From positions 1-56,638 of the IMG/VR virus record IMGVR_UViG_3300009494_000003: a DNA stretch of 56,638 nucleotides; one strand, given 5' to 3'. The stretch comes from a virus. Taxonomy: Duplodnaviria > Caudoviricetes. Both the position numbers and the translations under genes were made by a program. The notes below the pieces were generated by a model. The model was not told the DNA's origin. It searched no databases and saw nothing but the letters and a program-made list of their open reading frames with translations. Below, piece by piece: positions 1 through 10,645 of this stretch (within the stretch, counting starts at the first letter, position 1; each line of letters starts with the position of its first letter).

Positions 1-1
1 C

Positions 2-850
2 TTCACAGGCCTTGTTCTCGACCCCGTGAAGTGGGTTGATGGCTCCTTTGGCTCCGGTTTGGTCAGTACCGGTCCTTTTCACTTGGAGTTGGTAACGGGG
101 GCTGCCCCATTTTCGGCAGCAGGAGTTGAATCCGTGGCTCAGTGGGGTTCGACCCAGGGCGAAGTACGTTTTACACTGCCTCCAATTTCTGAGTATCCCA
201 CGGATGTCGTTATGCTCATGGTTCTCAGCCTCTGGGTTAGTGTCAATGACCACGCACTAATATATGTTGAGCTGGGTGCTGCGCCCGGGACGCTCGTGTT
301 GCGCTGTGAGATTTATCGCGGGGGTGTCATTATAGATGAACTGATTAAGCCCCTGCCTTGGACGACGGGCTTGTCCACGTTCAAGATCCTGCGCTGGGGT
401 AGCGATCTGTATTTCTATGCCAATGGGAACGAAGTCTGGCGAAGTCAGAGGTTTACCGACGCGGCGGCAAAGTTTCGTGTCGGTTCAACCAATGGTGCGA
501 CCACGTACAATCTTCAGGGCGTCAGGGTCCAGTGGTTCTATTACAGGCCTTTCGCGGTTTTCCAGGACCAGCCGGTTCATGATTCGGTCGTGGTCTCCGA
601 TTTCCGGATGCGTGGGTCTGTGTCTGCAAGCGCGGATGAAAGGCGTGTGCCCGCAGCCTATGCGGGTGATGTGGATGTTCACGCGGTGGGCAATGGTTCA
701 TTCACCAGTACGGATGCCTACGAGTACTACTATGTGGATGCGCTCAAGGTGATCAACAGTACCCAGGCCGATACCCGGTTCTCGATCATCGATGACCCTC
801 AGCTTCTCACGCCTTCGGGTGAGCAAAAAGGTCTTGGAGGGGGCACCTGA
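2..850 (+). CDS. 5'-truncated virion/baseplate-region protein, beta-rich (ConA/Ig-like)
   Basis: Frame open from window start; beta-strand-rich W/F/G/T composition; stop overlaps next start (TGATG); precedes baseplate-like gene. Confidence 0.5.
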   Translation, partial: FTGLVLDPVKWVDGSFGSGLVSTGPFHLELVTGAAPFSAAGVESVAQWGSTQGEVRFTLPPISEYPTDVVMLMVLSLWVSVNDHALIYVELGAAPGTLVLRCEIYRGGVIIDELIKPLPWTTGLSTFKILRWGSDLYFYANGNEVWRSQRFTDAAAKFRVGSTNGATTYNLQGVRVQWFYYRPFAVFQDQPVHDSVVVSDFRMRGSVSASADERRVPAAYAGDVDVHAVGNGSFTSTDAYEYYYVDALKVINSTQADTRFSIIDDPQLLTPSGEQKGLGGGT

Positions 851-3800
851 TGTCACTTGTTGGCGTGAATCGCTACGCGGAGATGATCAAGGCCATCCCT
901 ACGGGTCCTTTCTGGGATTCGAAGGGAATCGTCGTCCCTTATCGCCATGGCGATACCGAGATCAGGTTGGAGACGGGCAACGCGGCCACGACGTATACGC
1001 TGTACCTCAACGGAGTTTACTCGGGGTCCGTGGTTTCGGATGTCAACGGCAACGTAGTTTTCAGCCGTCATCTGGGGCTTGGGGAGAACGAAGTGAAGCT
1101 GGTCAACAGCATCACGGACAACAGTCTTCACAGCTACGTGACTGTCAGGGAGTACGCACTGTGGCTCATTGCCTACGCCGAGACGCTTGAGAGCATCGAT
1201 GACGACTGGCAGGAAGCCTACGACGATATTTTTATCGAGACCGTGACACTCAACGGTGCCGAAGGCCGGTTCGGGCGCGAGATTGATACGTTCAACAACC
1301 TTGGCCAGGATCTCGACGACTACCGAAAGCTTTTGCATGAGCTGCGGGCGGCGTACCGAAACCAGGGCGGGCGTTTCGGCGGTTTCGAAACAGCCGTGGC
1401 CGAGTTTACACAGGTTCCACCTTTTGGTTATTCCCGAAGAATGTGGGGGCCTAATTGGACTCTCGATCAGTCGATGTTGATCAATGCTCGTTGGAAAGAA
1501 CGTTCTCATGCGCTTTCCTGGACCGCTGCGGCAATCACCGGGGTAACCCTCATGGATGTCGAGCCTGATCTTGCCCAGGGGGCACCCGCGACCCAGATTG
1601 AGTACATGGCGGCCAGTAATGAGCTTCGTTGGAACAATGGCTTCTTTGTGGGTCCATGGGTCCCTGCCACGGACGGTCTCCTTTTTCTCCCGGGTCCGGT
1701 ATCGGCGGTCCCTGCGGTTATTTTGGGTTTGGCCGGGCCGTATGCTCTGGCACCCATGGAGACAACGATTTACCTGGACGATGGGACGGGCACGATCACG
1801 GTGCCGCTGCCCACCGGCTGGCCGGTGCCGACACCGCTTCAGGTTGCGGGCGACATCAACGCCGCGATGGGTTATGCGCTCGCGTCGGTTTACAACAGCA
1901 ACGTGCTTTTGACGAATCCGGCGATTCAACCGGTGTTGAAGATCGAAGATGGGGCCGCGAACGCAGCCATGCGAATCTTTGGTGCTCGGCCTGGGGACGT
2001 CAAGTTCGATCCTGCTATCATAAACGGCGTGACGATCCGTGTTGTTGAGGGCGCACCCGTGATCGCGCTGGATTCGGAGTTCGAGTATCGATATGACGGT
2101 TCTGTTTCGCCTCCGACACGGGAGCTTCGTTGGCATTCGCCTCTTGCGGCCTGGGGGCCATGGGTGCCGATCAGTGGCGACGGTGTTTACCAGATTGTGG
2201 ATTCGTTTCCGATCACCTTGGAGGTTCAGTGCTACGAGGACGAAATGGATGTCCTTGTTGGTCCCTGGCCCGCTGTTGACGCCTTTTTCTTCTCTCTTGG
2301 GTATGGCCGGGAGGCCAGGCAGATCGAGCAGACACAGGGCGTCTGGGTGGAGGTGAATACGAGCCAGTTGCCAGCGGTGGGCATGACCCATGGAATTGAT
2401 GTGATTGATGATGAAACTGCCGGATATGCGGAGCTTCCTGATAACTGGAAGCTCTCGGCTCAGACAGTGGGCACTCTTACGCGGATTTCGGAATCCAGGA
2501 TCGTGACTGACAAGGTCAACCTTTATGATCCGACCCCGGCTTTCCGGTTGTATCTGATAGACGCGACGGTTACCACTCACGAGTTGGTTTCGCGCGTGCT
2601 TCAGTACCCGATGCCTCGACCTGGTCCACGTGGCCAGAATTACCCTCAGCAGAGTCCGGGCCTGTTTTATGATTACGAAGGTTTTAGCGCGAAGTTGTCG
2701 GGCTGGGTCTCCAGTGCCACAGCAGGGGCCACAACAGCCACCCTGGGGTTCTCCTTCGATGACGGTGCTACTTGGGTCACGGGCGCGGCTATGCCGGTTG
2801 TGCAGGATACTGGAGGCTCCTGGTACGAAGACTTCACGTACATCGAATTCTCGACTATCATTCCTGCGGGACTCACGGATAACGGGGTTCTCGTGATGGT
2901 TGCTGTTGATGATCCGGTTTCCATTGAGGTGATGTTTGACAGTTTTCGTGTGGACGTGGAGCGCATCACGTCAAGGGTCCTGGCGAGCAATACTGTTGCG
3001 AGAACGCGGCATCGTCAATACTTTGGGGAGCTTGCATGGGTTTGGTCACCTGATCCGCTGTCGCTGACCGAGCAGGAATATATAGGTTTGCCACACAAGC
3101 GATCTGACAAGAGCGTGCCTGTTTCGGGCGTGACAATCACTCACATTTCGGCGGATACCGACGCAGGGAACGCCAGCTTGGATTACGAGTACAACAGTCT
3201 GGGTGACATTCGGCGTCTTCGTTGGAATTCCTATGGGGGTGCCTGGGGCGTGGGCTTCGGCTGGGTTTCGATTCTGAGCAGCGGGGCGTATATGTTGGCT
3301 GCGAGCGACGGTTCTTCAATTACAGTGCTTGTGGATTACGTCATGTTGCCCATCCTGGCGGGCACACCCCCGGCGACAACGGTAACTCGCGCGGTTGTCA
3401 TCACGGACACGACGGTTAACCAGGGCCATGTTCGCAAAATCTCACCTGCGCACTCATCCATCGATATTTTTGATGTCACCGAGTACGATGTTACCGGGAT
3501 ACCGATCAACCTCAAGGGCGCGGTTACCGAGGCTGATTTTTCTGCGTGTGACCTGGTGAATCTGGACATGCACGCATCGAATCCTTTCCGCTATTCGTAC
3601 TTGCTGCCCACGCTGTTGCCCGTCGAGGATGAGCCCATGGTGTTCGCGGCGATTGCTCCCCACGTGGCCACGCTTCTTTACGACTCGGACCAGGATCAGA
3701 CGCAGGCCATGCTGTTTGAGGATGGGGTCTTGGTGCCAAACACCGAGTGGGCATTCAACTCGGCGTCCGAGATCCAGGTGAACGCTCCTTACTACAATTC

Positions 3801-4434
3801 CAGCGCAGAGTACACGTTCAGCTACAACCCGATCTACCAGGTTACGACGGCGCTTCTCGATTTAGGCGGCCTGACGTTCCAGGATTATGCCTGGTTCGCG
3901 GACTACATGCTCTGGGATCGCATGGAGCACAACGTTGTAGGGCAGATACTCACGGTGCCACTGTTTTTCAACCCGGATACCGGACGCAGCGTGCTGGCGC
4001 ACAGGTCCTCGATGGATATGGCGACGGCCAAGCTCTACATTGAGGATCCGGACGGACGCAGGGAGATTTCGACTTCAAACTGGAGGTTTGTCAACCCGAC
4101 AACGGTTGAGATGGATGCCTCACAGTTCATCAGCGGCGCGGTCTACTACCTGGAGCACGAAGAGATCCGAATGTACCGGCAGAGCGAGCTGACTGTCACT
4201 TTCGAGCATCGGTCCGGGGTGGACGCCCCCGCGTGTCTGGTAGCGGCCTGGACGACCGTGCAGCGAAACGAGAACGTTGACGTGAATCAGACAGTGGGGC
4301 ACCATATTCACCAGCTTCGGCTATCGGTCAGTAGTATTCGAGATTTACGGGATTTTAGAATCAGGTCGTTGGTGCTCAAAGGGCTGCACTTGTTCGGGGT
4401 TAGCCCGAGTGTGCCAGGATTGACCAATGTTTGA
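850..4434 (+). CDS. Large baseplate wedge-like structural protein (1194 aa)
   Basis: N-terminal segment 'LWLIAYAETLESIDDDWQEAYDDIFIETV..GRFG..GQDLDDYRKLL' resembles baseplate wedge (P2 gpI-like) domains; lies just upstream of tail fibre. Confidence 0.55.
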   Translation: MSLVGVNRYAEMIKAIPTGPFWDSKGIVVPYRHGDTEIRLETGNAATTYTLYLNGVYSGSVVSDVNGNVVFSRHLGLGENEVKLVNSITDNSLHSYVTVREYALWLIAYAETLESIDDDWQEAYDDIFIETVTLNGAEGRFGREIDTFNNLGQDLDDYRKLLHELRAAYRNQGGRFGGFETAVAEFTQVPPFGYSRRMWGPNWTLDQSMLINARWKERSHALSWTAAAITGVTLMDVEPDLAQGAPATQIEYMAASNELRWNNGFFVGPWVPATDGLLFLPGPVSAVPAVILGLAGPYALAPMETTIYLDDGTGTITVPLPTGWPVPTPLQVAGDINAAMGYALASVYNSNVLLTNPAIQPVLKIEDGAANAAMRIFGARPGDVKFDPAIINGVTIRVVEGAPVIALDSEFEYRYDGSVSPPTRELRWHSPLAAWGPWVPISGDGVYQIVDSFPITLEVQCYEDEMDVLVGPWPAVDAFFFSLGYGREARQIEQTQGVWVEVNTSQLPAVGMTHGIDVIDDETAGYAELPDNWKLSAQTVGTLTRISESRIVTDKVNLYDPTPAFRLYLIDATVTTHELVSRVLQYPMPRPGPRGQNYPQQSPGLFYDYEGFSAKLSGWVSSATAGATTATLGFSFDDGATWVTGAAMPVVQDTGGSWYEDFTYIEFSTIIPAGLTDNGVLVMVAVDDPVSIEVMFDSFRVDVERITSRVLASNTVARTRHRQYFGELAWVWSPDPLSLTEQEYIGLPHKRSDKSVPVSGVTITHISADTDAGNASLDYEYNSLGDIRRLRWNSYGGAWGVGFGWVSILSSGAYMLAASDGSSITVLVDYVMLPILAGTPPATTVTRAVVITDTTVNQGHVRKISPAHSSIDIFDVTEYDVTGIPINLKGAVTEADFSACDLVNLDMHASNPFRYSYLLPTLLPVEDEPMVFAAIAPHVATLLYDSDQDQTQAMLFEDGVLVPNTEWAFNSASEIQVNAPYYNSSAEYTFSYNPIYQVTTALLDLGGLTFQDYAWFADYMLWDRMEHNVVGQILTVPLFFNPDTGRSVLAHRSSMDMATAKLYIEDPDGRREISTSNWRFVNPTTVEMDASQFISGAVYYLEHEEIRMYRQSELTVTFEHRSGVDAPACLVAAWTTVQRNENVDVNQTVGHHIHQLRLSVSSIRDLRDFRIRSLVLKGLHLFGVSPSVPGLTNV

Positions 4435-4491
4435 TGATTTTGGCGAAATTAGCTTTCATCATTTTTCGACGAGATGTTCAGGAGGTTTGTC

Positions 4492-7400
4492 ATGAGAGGC
4501 AGCTTGTTCCCTAATGGTGTCAACGTAGACCACGCGGCGCTCAGGCGCACGGAAACCACCAAGGCCGAGGAGATTCTTCGGAATCGTTTGAATTGGACCT
4601 CACGCGGAATGTATACGGGCGGAGTAATCACGGTAAACACGACCGGGGCACCCCCTTATCTTCATATTGACGTGGCGCAGTTGTCCGGTTTTACCCCGTC
4701 TGGCGATTTCATCGAGACTTCGAGCGATTATTACGACATTTCACTCGATGACGAGACCAACGGAGTCGTCAATCTCGTGTGCGCCGTGTATACAGAGTCT
4801 GAGATCCACCGGCAGCCTCACGAAACAGATGGCGAAACTTGGCCGACGCATTCCGAAGGCGCTTGGCGAATCAGGGTTTACTCCGCAGCCAATTATGCAG
4901 CGTTGCCCACAACTGACGGAAACTTGGCCAGTGATGCCAAGGATCGCTGTCTCATCGTTGGCGAAGTTACGGCAAATGGCCCAGCTTCGTCATTGACGGC
5001 AAGTAGCATCGAGGGGCCTGCTACGTTCTCGAACATCTTGTACGCCAATCCGCGCATCCCCGTGACGATTCCGGGTGTAACCATTTCAGGTGTTTCTCCA
5101 GGTATGTCGACCGGATTGGGAACGCTCGACTATACGTGGGCCGTAGGCCCGGTATACGGCCTCCAGTGGATCTCTTTTGCGGGCGGTGCAGGTGCGGTGG
5201 TGAACCCTACGGTGGATGGCGCGATTGACGTTTTGGACGGAGCGGGTGAATTTCTCACTCTGGAAATCGTTATCTCCCAATTGTCTACAATCAGTCCGAT
5301 CAGCGAGGCTATCGACATCATAAATATGTACGAGCAGGATATTCCGCGTTTGACTGGTGAGGACGATCTGCACAGGAATATGCAGGGCACGGGGACACCG
5401 ACACCGCAGAACCCACACGGGCAAACTCTGGATGATTTTGGTGGAGCCAGCTTTGGGTTGTTGGAAGAGCACCAAGATGTCATGCATGCAGTGGGCATTT
5501 GGCGAGGATCCTCACCCGCAATCTTCAGCGGGTCGATTACCTTCCCCATGGGAGGTGACCTGTTTTCCATCATGAGCCCAGCGTTGTCTGACCTTTATTA
5601 CATCAACGGCAGGAAGCTGAATACACTGACCCCGCTGTCTTTCCAGTTCACCCCGTCAGTGATTCCTAGTTCTGCGTCGGGATCGCACTTCTACGAAATT
5701 TTTGCGGATGACGACGGCGTGGCGGGCGTGACGCTCAAGATGAGCTTCCCTGATCCGCGAACTGTATCAGGTTGCTGGATCGTTGACGCGAGCGACGAGT
5801 ACCCGGTTGGTGCTGCCGACCTGGCGCTGACTGTGACCAACCCGGCAGGTATTTTCCAGTACGCGTTTTCGTGGGACGGCGGTGAGAATGTGACTGCGAA
5901 TGACACCCAGTTGCCTCATATAATAAGGCTCTTTGCTTCGGATGCGAAAAAATGGATTGACGTGTACGTGAATACGGTAGGTGGCGTTGCGAATCCTGAC
6001 GGCGTCTTACCTGGACTTGGCGTGTATTCCGATGTGATCACTATTTTTGCGAGCGCAGATCTTTCGCAGAATTTGCCGATAGCCAGCGTGTGTGGCTGGT
6101 ACGATGCGCTTACTCCAAGGTTCAAAATTGGGTACGCACCTTATAGTGGAACCCGGGACTTTGTTGATAAGCGGATATGGGGCACGCTTGCGACGGAGAA
6201 TATCGCAGATAGTGCTTTGCAGGAGCTTGTGTACAGCCCACAGGATGAACTTCACTACTCTGGTATACTATACTCACGGAGTGCATTGCACGACAACTTC
6301 GAAATTTGGGGGGCTGCGGCCTTGAACATCAATATACGTGGCGGCGCGTATTACTGTCGGGGCGAGCGAATTGATTATGGGGGGGATACGGGGTACGCGC
6401 TAATAGACAATACGGTGAACCTTCTGTATCTGAACCCTGACGGTCAGCTCGGTCTTCTCGATGTTACGGTGGACTTTGTGGGTATGAGCGAAGCCTTGGA
6501 GTACTTGCTAGGTAGGAGCCAATTGATGGAGGACGGGCACACCTCCCAGTATCCTGAGCGCGGAGTCCCTCTTTTTGAGTTTACCACGGCTGGCGGAGCG
6601 ATTACGAATACTCAAAACTTGATGCGTAACGTGAATGGTCCAGTTGAACCCTGGTCAGTCGCGATGTTCACTGCCCAGACGCATCCGGTGTCAGCGTTTG
6701 ATAATTTACGTGCCGCTTTCCTGTATGCGGGGTTAGCCGCAGGTGAATGTGAAATCACATTGACCGGACCAAGCTTTATCACAGAAAAAATAGTCCAGCC
6801 CTTGGGCGTTAACGTTCGAGGGGTCGTGCACGGGTCTATCGCCATGGGTGTTGCATATGGATCCGTGGTGTCTATCGCAGCCATAGACGCTACAGGAATC
6901 TGGGAACTCAGCGCAGGCTGCAAGGTCAAGGACGTGTACATAGATATGCAGGCCGACGCAGGGGCTGTGATCGAGGTCGCAGACAACACTGAGGTCTCTG
7001 GCTGTACATATGTTTCAGGTACACCGAACGCTGATGTTTTCTGTATCTCTGCCCTGGCGGTTTCGAATGTGAGGGTTGAGGGAAACACGGTCACGACTCT
7101 GAGTGGTGCCGTGGTTCTGACTCACGCCAACTGCTCCAACATCAGTGTGACGGGCAACATCATAAATCAGACAGCGAACAATAGCGGACTGGGATACGGA
7201 TTAATCGATGTTGTAGGCACAAACCTATATATTGATGACAACACCCTGACAACGGATAACTCGGTAGACTTTACCACGGGTATCAATATTGCTTCGGGCT
7301 CTTCCCAGGTGCATATCACCGGGAATGCGTTACGGATCGGCGACGGAACCGCAGCGGCAGCGGCAGCGGAGTATGGTATTCGACTCGTTGACAACGTTTT

Positions 7401-9033
7401 CTCAGCCTGGGTCAATAACAACTTCATCAGTAGGGTTGTGGGGGACACCTCGCAGGTAGGCATTGGTATCTCCTCTGAGGCAGGGTCAGACGTTTTCATT
7501 TCAGAAAACACAATCTACTCGTTGGGTGTTGGTATCCAGTTTTACAGTTCGGTTGGTGCTCCCGTCTTTACAAATATCCAAGTTTGTAAAAACGACATCG
7601 TTGCGTGTTACCATCGAGGGATTGACTTTGACATCACTGCGGCACACACACCAGTTATGTCAGGTATTCAGGTAGATGGTAATCGTATTTTCTCGATGAC
7701 CAAGGGGGCCGCAGGGTTGCTTGTCTTTGGTGCCCAATTGTTTGGCATTCGATTTGAAGTGATGGTTGTTGGGGCGGGACACACCACGTACTTTGAAGGC
7801 ATCTCCTTTTCTAATAATAGTCTGTCCTGGTTGGACAACGCGGCGGATGGCACATGGGGTATCTATGCTCAACATTTAGCCAACATTGGTGACGCCACTA
7901 CGGTACTTGGCCTGCGCATAAATGATAACCAGGTGGTGGACTTCATGGCGGATGGTGGCCCGGATGCGGCTGGAGTGTTTGTTGACTTCGCGAATCTGGA
8001 CACAACTCGTGGGGCCACCGTGTCAAACAACGTGATCTCTACTACGTCTTCTGTGAGCAACGTGGGCTCGGCGGTGTGGGGCATCGCCGTGAGCCTTGAT
8101 GAGTGCTGCATTGATGGCAATGTAGTTAAGATCTTGGGTACGACTACAGCAAAACAGGGTAGTGGTATTCTGTCAGCGGGCACGCGGAGCGTGGTCTCTT
8201 CCAATGTCGTGCGTGCGAACTGGGTTGGTATATCCAACCTGGGGCCAGGAGCGGTGGTCAACTCTAACCAGATCGAGGCCTATGGGGTAGGCATATTGAA
8301 TGATGTGGCTGCGACCTTGACTTCGATTAAGGACAATACCGTGGACGTAACAACTGTGAACTCAGTGATAACCGTTCAACCTGCGGATTCATGTGGATGT
8401 ATTGTGGGGGGTGGCGATGTTTCGATCCTGGACAACACGCTTTCGATTTCAGGATCAGGCGTGCCGATTAATGTTCCTGATTACTGTGCCCACATCTATG
8501 TGGCTTCCACCTCAGCCAAGATCTGTGGGAACAAGACTCGGCTCGGAAATACTTTGAAGGCCGTGGGCGGAGTGTCTGGCCCAGGATCTGGAAATCCCGC
8601 CTACCACATTTTTTTTGGGTCGACCGGGGCGATTAACAATGCATTGATAAGCGACAACTTTGTAAACAATTTTGATAATGTTGGCGGGGCAAAATGTGTT
8701 AATGGAATCTGGTTTGAAGATCTGGGGGGTGTGACAAGTCTTACCCACGTTACGGTTAACTCAAACCATATTCGCGGGAGTAACTTGATGCTTCCTGCCC
8801 CTGGGGCGGCTGCATGGGGTGACTACCCCTTTGAATATTGTAATTTGTTGCAAGTGTTAGTTGGCTCGTCATATGCTGTAACGCACAGTAATACAATTTT
8901 GGCCGAGGGTGCAGGTGCGCTCGACTATCCAGCAATATACTGGGCTAACGCGGCAACACAACAACCTTTCCAAGGTGCTCCCTTAATTAAAAGTAGTTGG
9001 GCGACAAAGCTTTCGCCAGTAGCTTATTGGTAG
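4492..9033 (+). CDS. Tail fibre/tailspike with C-terminal right-handed beta-helix repeats
   Basis: RBS AGGAGG then ATG 4492; C-terminal half rich in I/V-x-x-N-x-I repeats (e.g. ISVTGNII, IQVDGNRI, VVSSNVV). Confidence 0.7.
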   Translation: MRGSLFPNGVNVDHAALRRTETTKAEEILRNRLNWTSRGMYTGGVITVNTTGAPPYLHIDVAQLSGFTPSGDFIETSSDYYDISLDDETNGVVNLVCAVYTESEIHRQPHETDGETWPTHSEGAWRIRVYSAANYAALPTTDGNLASDAKDRCLIVGEVTANGPASSLTASSIEGPATFSNILYANPRIPVTIPGVTISGVSPGMSTGLGTLDYTWAVGPVYGLQWISFAGGAGAVVNPTVDGAIDVLDGAGEFLTLEIVISQLSTISPISEAIDIINMYEQDIPRLTGEDDLHRNMQGTGTPTPQNPHGQTLDDFGGASFGLLEEHQDVMHAVGIWRGSSPAIFSGSITFPMGGDLFSIMSPALSDLYYINGRKLNTLTPLSFQFTPSVIPSSASGSHFYEIFADDDGVAGVTLKMSFPDPRTVSGCWIVDASDEYPVGAADLALTVTNPAGIFQYAFSWDGGENVTANDTQLPHIIRLFASDAKKWIDVYVNTVGGVANPDGVLPGLGVYSDVITIFASADLSQNLPIASVCGWYDALTPRFKIGYAPYSGTRDFVDKRIWGTLATENIADSALQELVYSPQDELHYSGILYSRSALHDNFEIWGAAALNINIRGGAYYCRGERIDYGGDTGYALIDNTVNLLYLNPDGQLGLLDVTVDFVGMSEALEYLLGRSQLMEDGHTSQYPERGVPLFEFTTAGGAITNTQNLMRNVNGPVEPWSVAMFTAQTHPVSAFDNLRAAFLYAGLAAGECEITLTGPSFITEKIVQPLGVNVRGVVHGSIAMGVAYGSVVSIAAIDATGIWELSAGCKVKDVYIDMQADAGAVIEVADNTEVSGCTYVSGTPNADVFCISALAVSNVRVEGNTVTTLSGAVVLTHANCSNISVTGNIINQTANNSGLGYGLIDVVGTNLYIDDNTLTTDNSVDFTTGINIASGSSQVHITGNALRIGDGTAAAAAAEYGIRLVDNVFSAWVNNNFISRVVGDTSQVGIGISSEAGSDVFISENTIYSLGVGIQFYSSVGAPVFTNIQVCKNDIVACYHRGIDFDITAAHTPVMSGIQVDGNRIFSMTKGAAGLLVFGAQLFGIRFEVMVVGAGHTTYFEGISFSNNSLSWLDNAADGTWGIYAQHLANIGDATTVLGLRINDNQVVDFMADGGPDAAGVFVDFANLDTTRGATVSNNVISTTSSVSNVGSAVWGIAVSLDECCIDGNVVKILGTTTAKQGSGILSAGTRSVVSSNVVRANWVGISNLGPGAVVNSNQIEAYGVGILNDVAATLTSIKDNTVDVTTVNSVITVQPADSCGCIVGGGDVSILDNTLSISGSGVPINVPDYCAHIYVASTSAKICGNKTRLGNTLKAVGGVSGPGSGNPAYHIFFGSTGAINNALISDNFVNNFDNVGGAKCVNGIWFEDLGGVTSLTHVTVNSNHIRGSNLMLPAPGAAAWGDYPFEYCNLLQVLVGSSYAVTHSNTILAEGAGALDYPAIYWANAATQQPFQGAPLIKSSWATKLSPVAYW

Positions 9034-9055
9034 ACCTCTTTTTTAGGAATAATTG

Positions 9056-9084
9056 TTGACATCAGGTGGACTTTCCTGTATATA
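9056..9084 (+). promoter_or_regulatory. sigma70-like promoter for lipoprotein gene
   Basis: TTGACA-17 nt-TATATA. Confidence 0.6.
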
Positions 9085-9138
9085 TAAAGGTGACTTGTTC
9101 TTCTCATAAATAGGTGGAGCAAAAAAAGGAGATGTCCC

Positions 9139-9786
9139 ATGAGAAAGTTTATGTTTGGGTTGCTCGTGTCGGCGTGCTGCACTTGCCTGGCCTGCCAACA
9201 TGAGGGGGATATGTATATCACATATCTTTCGGACGGTGGTACAAATGACGCAGGTACGGGTGGTCTGGATGGTGGTGATGCTGACTCAGACTCGGATACA
9301 GACAGTGAAACTGAGACTGACACAGGTGAGCCCGATGCGGGGTCAGATGCAGGGGATATGGGTTGCTTGGAGGGGGACTACACGATTACGAATAGTTTGG
9401 AAGCTCTTTTGTTGCAGCCTTACACCTGTATAACTGGTGGTCTAAGGGTTCAGGCTCCGGGGCTTACAAGTTTGGACCTACCCAATCTTGAGGTGGTTGA
9501 AGGGGATTTGCAAATTATAGGTAACGGCAGTTTGCCGAGTTTTAGCCTGAGCAATCTTGTTTCTGTGGGGGGCCTCAATCACATCATGTATAATGATGTA
9601 TTGACAAGTTTTGATCTGGGCAGTCTTATTTCGTTGGCGGGCGAGTTAGTCGTCTATGATAATGTCGTTTTACCTGATTGTGTGGCATGTGACCTACTTG
9701 GACAGCTTACAAGTGGCCCAGCCTCGGTCTCGGTTTTTAACAATTTTGAAGATTCCTGCTCCCCTGTGCCCACCAACTGCCCCTAG
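9139..9786 (+). CDS. Lipoprotein with D/S/T-rich linker and receptor L-domain-like leucine-rich repeats
   Basis: RBS AAGGAG; signal ending in LAC lipobox (C19); DAG..DADSDSDTDSETETDTG..DAG linker; repeats of type 'LTSLDLPNLEVVEGDLQIIGN'. Confidence 0.7.
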   Translation: MRKFMFGLLVSACCTCLACQHEGDMYITYLSDGGTNDAGTGGLDGGDADSDSDTDSETETDTGEPDAGSDAGDMGCLEGDYTITNSLEALLLQPYTCITGGLRVQAPGLTSLDLPNLEVVEGDLQIIGNGSLPSFSLSNLVSVGGLNHIMYNDVLTSFDLGSLISLAGELVVYDNVVLPDCVACDLLGQLTSGPASVSVFNNFEDSCSPVPTNCP

Positions 9787-9801
9787 CCCTAATCTTTCCT
9801 C

Positions 9802-9830
9802 TTGACATCCTCTTTCCTTCTATATAGTAT
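9802..9830 (+). promoter_or_regulatory. sigma70-like promoter
   Basis: TTGACA-17 nt-TAGTAT upstream of 9893. Confidence 0.55.
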
Positions 9831-9892
9831 ACATGAAGAGTCATGGGTCGCCCTCTCAATATGTCAGCAGGGGCCTCGAACGGAGACGCTGA

Positions 9893-10465
9893 ATGCCACA
9901 AGCAAACACACAACCAACAGACCTCATTGAGATCAGAACCAAACTTATCGATGCCCTGGGGGCGCTAGCGCCCGAACATCCCCGCGCTTCGGCGGAAATT
10001 CTCCGAACGTTCCTGGAGATGCAGAGCGGCGTCGATTATTCCCTCTCTCAGATCGGCAACAATTTGCGGATTCTCAAGCGCAAGGGTGTCGTCGAGTGCA
10101 TCCGTATCAAAGGTCACAAATTCTGGGAACTTACCGGCAAAGATTACGTAGAGGATGAGGTCGTCAAGGTCCTGATCGCTTTCCCAAAGCAGATGCATGA
10201 CGATATCGTTTTCTTCAAGAAACTCGGGGGCAAGGAGAAACCCCTTAGCAAGACCGCGTTTGTCGTCAACATGGTCGCCATGGGTCTGCGAAACCTTGAC
10301 CTTTTCAAGGAACAGGTGGAGTACACGTCGCAGGCTCGGGAGGAGGCCAATGCTTTGGCCCAGCCTGACAACAACGCTCCCGGCCAAGTCTTGGCCGATG
10401 ATGTGGAGGGTCTTCAACCTTCCGGCCAACCTCCCGGCCAACCCCCGGCTGTAGAACCTCAATAA
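9893..10465 (+). CDS. Putative transcription regulator (winged HTH plus ribbon-helix-helix-like)
   Basis: 'SLSQIGNNLRILKRKGVVECIRIKGHKFWELT' wHTH-like; 'VKVLIAFPKQMHDDI..SKTAFVVNMV' RHH-like. Confidence 0.5.
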   Translation: MPQANTQPTDLIEIRTKLIDALGALAPEHPRASAEILRTFLEMQSGVDYSLSQIGNNLRILKRKGVVECIRIKGHKFWELTGKDYVEDEVVKVLIAFPKQMHDDIVFFKKLGGKEKPLSKTAFVVNMVAMGLRNLDLFKEQVEYTSQAREEANALAQPDNNAPGQVLADDVEGLQPSGQPPGQPPAVEPQ

Positions 10466-10645
10466 TTTCAGTTCCCTACATGAAAGGTATTTTTTAATAT
10501 TGACAGAGTCCTGACAATATAGTAAGCCTATTGGTGGAAGGTCACCATGAACTTACATTCAGGTCTCGCAAGAATCGAAAAAGCAATTGTTCCGATTTTG
10601 AATACCGCACTTATGCAGGTGCGTGCCAAGAAAAAGGAGATCACT

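Noticed and set aside
853-2580. Long minus-strand ORFs (also 11239-12303, 21235-22377, 45889-47178, 51806-52861)
   Set aside because: Antisense shadows of well-supported + strand genes in GC-rich DNA.
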